DNA from: Cyanophora paradoxa CCMP329 | Lineage: Eukaryota; Plantae; Glaucophyta | Assembly (NCBI GenBank): GCA_004431415.1 | Contig: QPMI01000025.1 | Span: 1-39,420, forward strand | DNA: 39,420 nt | Reading direction: 5' to 3' | Shown here: one piece after another, positions 32,128 to 39,420 of the stretch | How the letters are laid out: each line of letters begins with the position of its first letter | Numbering within the stretch: the stretch's first letter is position 1 | The notes under the pieces: generated by a model | Told to the model about the DNA's origin: nothing | Seen by the model: only the letters and a program-made list of their open reading frames with translations | The model's database searches: none | Translations under genes and position numbers: made by a program

Positions 32128-35100
32128 CTATTTGCACATGGACATGCACACTTTGGGCGAACGCGAATCATCATGGCATACTCGACGCGAATCACGCGGC
32201 GCGGCGCGAGCCTTGAGGGGGAGAGAAGGCCTAGGGGAGCTGGGGGGGCTAGGGGCCCGGGGTGGGGGCGGCGGGGGCGGGCGGGGCCTCGCGCGCGGGT
32301 CGGGCTGGGGGGCGGCCTCCGGGGGCCCCGAGGCGCGGGAGGCGGCGGTGGTGGAGCGGCGCGTGAGGGCGCCCCGCGCGAAGGAGCGCTGGGGGGCAGG
32401 CGGGGCCCCGCGGGGCGCGGGGGCCCCTGCTTGGCGATGCTCCGGTGCATCTCCGCGAGGACGGCGAGGGCGGCGGCGGCGCAGAGGGCGGCCCGCGCCG
32501 CCGGCACGTCGCCGCGCTCGGCCGCCGTGCGGGCCGCGACGCGGCGGAAGAAGTCCCGCCGCTCCTCCAGGTACCGCCCCAGCGCCCCGTCCCGCCCGCC
32601 CGGCCCCCGCCTCCCCGCCCTCCTTCTGCGCGGCGCGCCGCGTGAGGGCGCGAGGGGGCGCGGCGGCGGAACGGGGCGGGCCTGGGGGCCGAGGGAGGCG
32701 TTGATGCGCGCGGTGGAGGCGTAGAGGGTGCGCGCCGCCTGCAGCCGGTCCTCCGCGCTCTGCGGCATCTCGATCCTGCCGCCCCGCCCCGCTCGAGGCC
32801 GGCAGGCGGGGGCGGGGCGGAAGGGGCGTCGGGGCGCGCACGCGAGGAAGGTGGCGTCCGCGGAGCTGCTGATCGCCGACAGGATGGCCGCCGAGACGGT
32901 GCGCCCTCGGGGCCCGGGCCCGGCGCCCCCTCCTCGCGCGCCCCGGGCAGGGAGGCGGCATGGGAGGGGTGCACGCGGGCCGTGCGGCGGGCGCGGAGGA
33001 GGGCGAGGCAGCCGACGCCGCCCCGGGGCCCGCCCGCGCGGCGATCGCCATCGCCCGGTCCACGGCGCGGGCGGCGAGCTCGGGCCGCCCCCGATGGCGC
33101 GCGCGCACTCCCACGCCGCTTCGAGCGCCTCCGCCTGCCCCGCCCGCCAGCCCCGCGTCGGAGGGCGCGCGGCGGGGCCGGGGGCGGGGCGGTGGCGGGC
33201 GGGGCGGGGGCACGTGGGCGGCGCGGTGCTCGAAGCCGGGGACGGCGGTGGAGCGGAGGAGGGGCAGGGAGGGGGCGAGGAGGGCGGGGTCGGCGGCGGC
33301 GATGGCGAGCTCGACGAGCGAGGCGCCGATCATGTAGCGCCCCGCCGCCGCCGAGGAGGCGCGCATGATCCCCAGCGCCTCGGTGAAGCTGCGCAGCGCC
33401 CCCGCAAAGTCCCCCACCAGCATCGACGTGATCTGGCCCCCGCCCGCCCCAGCCCTCAGCCGCGCGGCTGGCGGGCCCCGGCGGGGGGGGTGCGGACCCC
33501 GGCGCCGTGGCGGGCGTCGGCCTCGAGGAGGGTCTGGCCGAGCCAGCGGGCCATCTTGGCGACGGTGCGGAAGAGGGAGTGGGCGCGCTGCAGGAAGCCG
33601 CCCTCGCGCTCCAGCATCGCCAGGCTCGCCAGCACCGACGACTCCGCCCCGATCGAGCCGATCTGCCCCCGCCCGCCTCGCAACCACGCCCCGGCCGAGG
33701 GCGCGGGCAGGGCGCGGGGGCGCGGCGCACGCGGCGAGCGGTTGCGATGCCGCGCTCGCACCAGAGGCGCGCCTCGGCGAACTTGCCCTCGGCGCGGGCG
33801 GCCTTGGAGAGGGCGCGCTGGACGCGGCAGAGGAGCTCGGAGGGGGCCCCCTCGAGGAGCGCCTCGGCGCGCAGCAGCAGCCCGCGCGCCCCCGCCGCGT
33901 CCTCCCGGAACATCGCCTGCCCGCCCGAGCCCGTGAGGCCGCCGGGCCGGGGAGGCGCGCGGGGCGGGGCGGGGCGGGGCGGGGACCTGGATGGCCTCGA
34001 AGTGGAGGAGGCGGGCGCGGTTCTCCCGCGAGACGCCCTCCCCGGCCCGCTCCACGTACTCCCGCGCCCGCCGGAGCGCGGCGAGCGCGTCGGGGTGCGC
34101 CGAGGCGGTGAGGCCCGAGGCAAGCATCAGCAGGAAGCCCGTCCAGTCGTCCTGCAGGGCGCCGCCCCCGGTGGGCGAGGGAGGGGGGCGAGGGGAGGGA
34201 GGGCGGCGCACGGCGCGGTCGAGGCTGAGGGAGTCCACGGGCCGCTCGGGCGAGACCGCCGCGCGCGCCGCCTCCGCCACCGCCACCGCCCCGCCCCTCC
34301 GCCCCTCCCCCCTTTGTCCGCCCCGCCGCCGTCCTCGTGGGCCGCCGGGGAGGGCGCCGGGCGGAGCTCGACGGGGCCGGGGCCGGGGCCGGGGCGGGGT
34401 CCCGGGGGGCGGGAGAGGAGCTCGAGGAAGCCTAGGCACTCGAGGGCGAGCGCCTGCGTCTCCCCCGCCTCCGCGCTCTCTGCGCCCCCGCAGCCCCGTC
34501 ACGCCCCGCCCCCCGCTCCCAGGCGGGGCGGGCGGGGCGGGGCGGGGGGGCACCGTTCCACTCGCCCCGCACGAGGCCGCGGGCGACGCGGAGGCACTCC
34601 TCGTAGGCCCCGCCCCGCTTGTAGTGCTCGTACTGGATCGTCGGCGTGAACACCTGCCCGCCCAGCGTCCGCCCCCGGGGGCCTCCAAGCGGGGCGGGGC
34701 GGGCGAACGGTCATCTGACGGTGGCCATGGGCGGCGTCGGCGGCGGCGAGGCGCTCGAGGGTCTCGGCGCAGAGGAGGTGCAGCGCGCGGCGGCGGCCGG
34801 CGTCGATGGTGTCGTAGAGGACGAGGGCGAGCAGGCTCGACTCGAAGGCGAACCACTGGGCGTGCGGGCCGGCCGCCTTCCCGTCCCGGGGGTACACGAG
34901 CAGCAGGCCGGCCTTCACCGCCTCCTCCTTGAGGCGGTGGAGGACGGGGAGCGTGCCGCCCCCGACCATGCACCCGAAGCACTCCGGCTCCCGCTCCCCG
35001 CTGCAGTGCTCCCACCCCCCGTACTCCATCTCCCCCGCCTGCTTCCTCTCCCCCGCCGCCGCCTCCTTCTTCTCCCGCACCTCCTTCTGCGCGGGGCCGG

Positions 35101-38100
35101 TGAGGCGAGGCGGGGGCGGGTGCGGGGAGGGACGGGGGCGGGGCGGACGCGGAGGGCGGCGCAGGCGCGGCAGGGGCCGTGCTGGAGGCGGCAGCCGCGG
35201 GCCGCCTCGTCCCCCTGGCGCGCCACCTCGCGCCAGAGGGGCACGCAGAGCACCAGGGGGCCCGAGCGCCCCACCACGCTCATCAGCCGCAGCAGCTCGA
35301 AGCACTGCGCCCCCGCCCCCCTCGCTCGGCGACCACGGCGCGGCGAGCGGGGCTGAGCGGGGGGGGGGGACCTCGGCTGAGACTGTGGAGCGGGCGCGGG
35401 CGAGGAGCCCCGCCCCGCAGGCCTCCTCCGTGTGCACGCCGGCGTCGACCGGGGCCGGCGGCGGCACGCACGGCTTTTCCTCGTCGCAGCCGGCGCGCGC
35501 GAAATCCGGGGGCGGGGCGGCGGGGAGGGCGTTGGGCTTGGTGACGTTCAGGTGGCAGGCGGGGCAGAAGTTGGGGCGGGTGGGGAGGCGGCAGTGGGCG
35601 CCGCCCTCGGAGCCGTCGCGCCCGCGCTCGTCCTTCTCCGCGCCGGCGGGCACGGGGAGGAGCTCCAGCAGCACGCACCCGGGGGCTCCCCCGAAGGCCT
35701 CCCCTGCGTCCGCCCCGCCTCAGCGGCCCGCCCCGCCGCCGCGCGAGCCGGGGCCCCACGCGCGTCGCACCAATCGTCGTCGCCCGCATCCCCTCTGGCG
35801 TCGCCTCCTCCGCCCCGTCCTCCTCCGCCGCGGCGCCCGTTGCGGGGGCCATGGCCGGGGGCGGCGAGGGGGGGCGCGAGGCTTCCCCGCTCCCCACGGA
35901 GACGAAAGAGAGGGACCGGAGGGAGGGGAGCCGCCGCGGCCCGCCCCGCCCCGCCTCCTTCGCCCCCGGCGCTTCCGGGGTCCCCTCGCCGCCCTTCTCC
36001 GGCTTGTCGTCGGCCTCGGGCTGGGCTAGGGGCGGGGCGGGGGCCTCGGGGGCCTCGGAGGCGGCGGAGGCGGGGGTGGGCGGGGGCGCGAGGGCGAGGA
36101 CGGGGGCGGCGGGGTCGTCGGCGTGGAGGAGCCAGAGGACGGGGAGGTGCGCGCTCCAGCGCACGAGCTGCGCCAGCACCGCCAGCGACGCCTCGTCCGC
36201 CGCGCACATCGTCTCCACCGCGCTGCGCCCCGCCCGTGAGCCCCCCGCAAGCGCCGCCGCCGGGGCGGGCGCGCATGACGCAGGGGAAGGAGCGGCGGCA
36301 GCCGGGGCCTGGGCGGCGGCCTCCCAGTAGGCGTCGGGGAGCGGGGCGGCGCCTTGGGCCGGCCCGCGGCGCCCGTGCGGTGCGTCGTCCACGCGGCGAG
36401 GAGCGCGACGAGAGCCTCGGCGGTGGCGCGCACGGCCTCGGCGGGGGCGCGTGCGTACTCGCGGGAGGGGACGCGGCGGGCGTGGAGGAGGGTGAGGAGG
36501 GCGGGGAGGTGGCGCGGGGGGAAGCAGGCGGGGCAGGTGCCGGCGAGGGAGCGGAGGCGGCGCTCGGCGTAGCGCGGCGCGAGGCGGGCGACGCGGGGCC
36601 CCCCGACGAGCGCCCACACGAGCTCCTGGAGGGCGCCCATAAACTTGACGGCCCCCGTGTTGCGCCCGGGGCCCAGCAGCTCCGCCCCCTCCCGCGGCGC
36701 GCACGGCACGTGCAGCGCCCGGAGGCCCCGCTCCCGCGCGCGGCGGCGCCAGTGGAAGAGCAGCCGCGGGGGCTCCGGGGCGGCGCGGGGGTGGGCGGGG
36801 AGGAGGAGGAGGGCGCTGGCGGCGGGGAGGCGGCGGAGGAGGGCCTCGAAGAGGAAGGTCTCGTGGCGGCGGCCCCGCAGGCGGCGCGCGCGGCACCAGT
36901 GCGCGAAGGCGACGTTGTGCCGCCCGGGCAGGGCGCGGCGGGCGGCCTTGAGGAAGAAGGCCTCCGCCCCGTCCCCGTCCCCCGCCACCGAGGCGAGGTA
37001 GGAGGCGTAGGCGGCGGTGCGGTGGGCGGAGCGGATGGCGCGCTCGAGGAAGCGCGCGTGGACGTCCTCGGGGCGGTGCCCGACCTCGACCCGCAGGAAG
37101 AGGCGCTCCAGCGCCGCGTTCACCCGCTTGCTCCGCGCCCACGGCTGCACCAGCAGCGCCCCCAGCACCCCCGCCCCCAGCAGCGGCGCCGCCAGGGCGG
37201 CGGCGGCGGCGGCGGGCTCGAGGGGCGGGGGGCTGGGGCCGGCGCGGGCGAGGGCGAAGGCGGCGGCCCAGAGGAGGGATGCGTAGAGGGCGCCCCTGAG
37301 GCGGGCGATGGCAGCTGGCGGCAGGGCGGAGGGCGGGGCGATCAACTCTCCGAAGGCTCCGCCGCCTCGCGCAGGAGGGGCCTCGCGCACCGCTGTAGAA
37401 GGGCTGCATGACGACGACGCCCCAGAGCATGAGCGCAACGCAGGCGAGCAGCACGGCGGCGGTGGCGAGGCGGGAGGCCGGGGCGAGGAAGACGTAGGCG
37501 GCTGTGATGAGGGTCTTGGCGGCGAGGAGCAGCACGTCGAGGCGCGGGTGCTGCGCCGGCCCCGTGAGCGGGGCGGCGAGCCGGGGGAGGGCGGGGGGGC
37601 GGGGACCTCGCGGCGCATGGCGTGGCGGGAGAAGGGGTCCGCCGGGTATATGTTCAGCGAGCACCTGCCCCCCAGAGGCTCGCGCCGGCGGGGCGGGGCG
37701 GGGCGGGGCGGGGCGGGGCGGGGCGGGGCGGGGCGGGGCGGACCAGACGGAGAAGGGGAGGTGCATGCAGAGGCCGTAGAGGCCGAAGGAGAGGGCGAGC
37801 CAGCGGGGCGTGCGCTCGCAGAAGTCCCCCGCGTAGTAGCTGCGGCAGTGGATCCCTTGGAGGAACTGCTGCAGGATCGGGATGTAGAGGGTCGTCGAGA
37901 GGAAGGGGGCGATCTGGCAGGCCGCCACCAGCCAGCGCGGCGGCTTCGGCTCGTTCAGCGCGTACGCCAGGCACATCAGCCCCACCAGCGCGCCTGCCCC
38001 CGCCCCCGCCGTCGGCTGGGCGGGGCGGGGCGGGGCGGGGCGGGGGCGGACAGGAGAGTGTGGTGAGGAAGACGAGGAGGTAGAAGACGGAGAGCTGGAC

Positions 38101-38590
38101 GGCCTCGAAGAGGGCGCCCGGGAGGAGCCGCCCCAGCTCCAGGCTCACCAGGTCCAGGCCCCGGATGCCGCCCGTGCCCAGGCCCTCCACCCCGGACACT
38201 TGCGCCGCGATGTTGAACAGCTGCACCCACTCCGAGAGCACCGCGAACCACCTGCGCCCCGCCGCCCCGCCTCGGCCCGCCAGCGGCGCCGGGGCGGGGC
38301 GGGGGCGCGGGGCGGGGCCCACGGCATGATAAAGGCGGTGAGGAGGTTGTTCCCGACCTCGTCGCCGACGCTCAGGAGGACCCCGTAGAGGACCCTCTTC
38401 CCCTTCCACCGCTGCTCCTCCAGCTGCAGCTGCGCCGCCACTGCGCCGGAGATGATGTTATGGCGGCTAGAGGAAGCACGCGCGCTGCGCGGCCGCGGCC
38501 GCTGGACTCGTTCGGCCGGTCGGCGGCGAAGAGCAAGCACTCGCGCTGGCAGCGGGCACGCTGGACTCGCTCAAGAGAGAACATTTTGGA
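32128..38590 (-). CDS. Large multi-exon gene (possibly two): N-terminal multi-TM region (TmcB-like), degenerate STAND/AAA-associated helical region and TPR-like repeats; boundaries approximate
   Basis: Minus-strand exons: VLSEWVQLFNIA, LYIPILQQFLQGIHC, HPRLDVLLLAAKTLIT, MQPFYS..RLRGALY, FAFESSLLALVLYDTIDAGRRRALHLLCAETLE, GKFAEARLWCERGI and GDFAGALRSFTEAL. Intron signatures run on the minus strand throughout. Confidence 0.5.
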
Positions 38591-39420
38591 AAGAGGCAGT
38601 GCTAACAACTATCGCGAATCTGAATCTGCGCCACGCTACGCACCACTCGAACCGGACGCCGACGACGCCATGATCCAACAAGCGTTTCGGTCTGATGCGA
38701 TCTGGTCGAGGGCACATTAGATGCGCTAAAGCAAGCTGCGCTTGCCTGGCCTCGCCTGGCTTGGGCCCTGGCAGGCGGCGCAAGCCTCCGAGGTTTTCAG
38801 CTACCGGCGCTGGTCCAGCTGGTCGGGCCGCCCGCTCCAGCTGATCAGGCGCCGGCTATCTAGTCCAGCGGTTACCGTCCCGAGCGCTTGATCGACCATG
38901 CTGAGCGCCGTCTAATACGTACCCGGCTCAGCCAGCAGAAAAGCGACGAAAAAGCTGCTGGCGCACAAACAAACCAGATTGAAGCGTTACAACATTGCTT
39001 TCGACGTAATCCAGAGCATCTGATATAGTTCCCCAACCGGCGGACAAAACCTATACCGGCGCCCATCAGATCTCTACAGCTTCGATCGGCCGTTGAATAT
39101 AGGCCATATACAGACACTAGGTAGAGCCAGCAGAGCCACCCTTGAGCTTAGCACGATGGCGGACGGAGAGCGGGCAGCCGCCCCGCACGACGTGCGTGGT
39201 TCTGCGTACAAACGTCTAGCCGGCGCCTAGCTCCTGTTCTGGCCTTAGCTGCGGCCTCCCAGTATCGAATGGAAGTCCCCCGATTGGGAAGCGACACCTT
39301 AAGGAACCCTTGAATCCGCGCTTGGGGTTTCGCTAAGAACCCTTCATCGTTTGCATCTGCAGATCTTCCAGATGGTCGTGTCGTCAATCGCAGTTGGTCG
39401 CAAGCTCGCAGCGAAAGTGC

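Noticed and set aside
23800-38600. Many long overlapping Pro/Arg/Gly/Ala-rich ORFs (up to 963 aa) on both strands
   Set aside because: These arise from very high GC content and stop-poor introns. Real coding is in short exons on one strand per gene.

Overview
The window has two compositional halves. Positions 1-21736 are AT-rich and CpG-poor and hold two related Polinton/Maverick-like (polinton-like virus) elements, both missing their left ends from view. Element 1 (<1-14755) carries frameshifted penton, double-jelly-roll major capsid and A32-type packaging ATPase genes, an AEP primase-SF3 helicase, a GIY-YIG nuclease, a protein-primed PolB, an RVE integrase and about 2 kb of repeat-rich subterminal DNA. 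It appears to be nested inside the helicase gene of element 2 (visible 14756-21736: truncated primase-helicase, small AT-hook ORF, intact pPolB, intact integrase). Both elements end in the same structure: a perfect 28-bp-arm fold-back ACACATA...TATGTGT capped by a 4-bp stem and GAA triloop. The two arms differ at 10 of 28 positions and every difference is compensated in the opposite arm. Both pPolBs also appear to have lost the proofreading exonuclease, and both elements carry iteron-plus-inverted-repeat modules. One reading (inference) is internal-origin replication with terminal hairpin processing or end-patching. Positions 21737-39420 are very GC-rich eukaryotic host DNA with short (GCCCC)n-rich introns, many of them GC-AG. 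This half contains a 5'-truncated spliced RlpA/SPOR gene, a ZupT-like ZIP transporter whose 3' end is duplicated at the element border, an Ala/Pro-rich gene and a large membrane/TPR-like gene. The spliced peptidoglycan-hydrolase gene hints at an alga with a walled plastid such as a glaucophyte (inference). Some frameshifts may be assembly errors. All assignments come from motif reading by eye; no searches were run.
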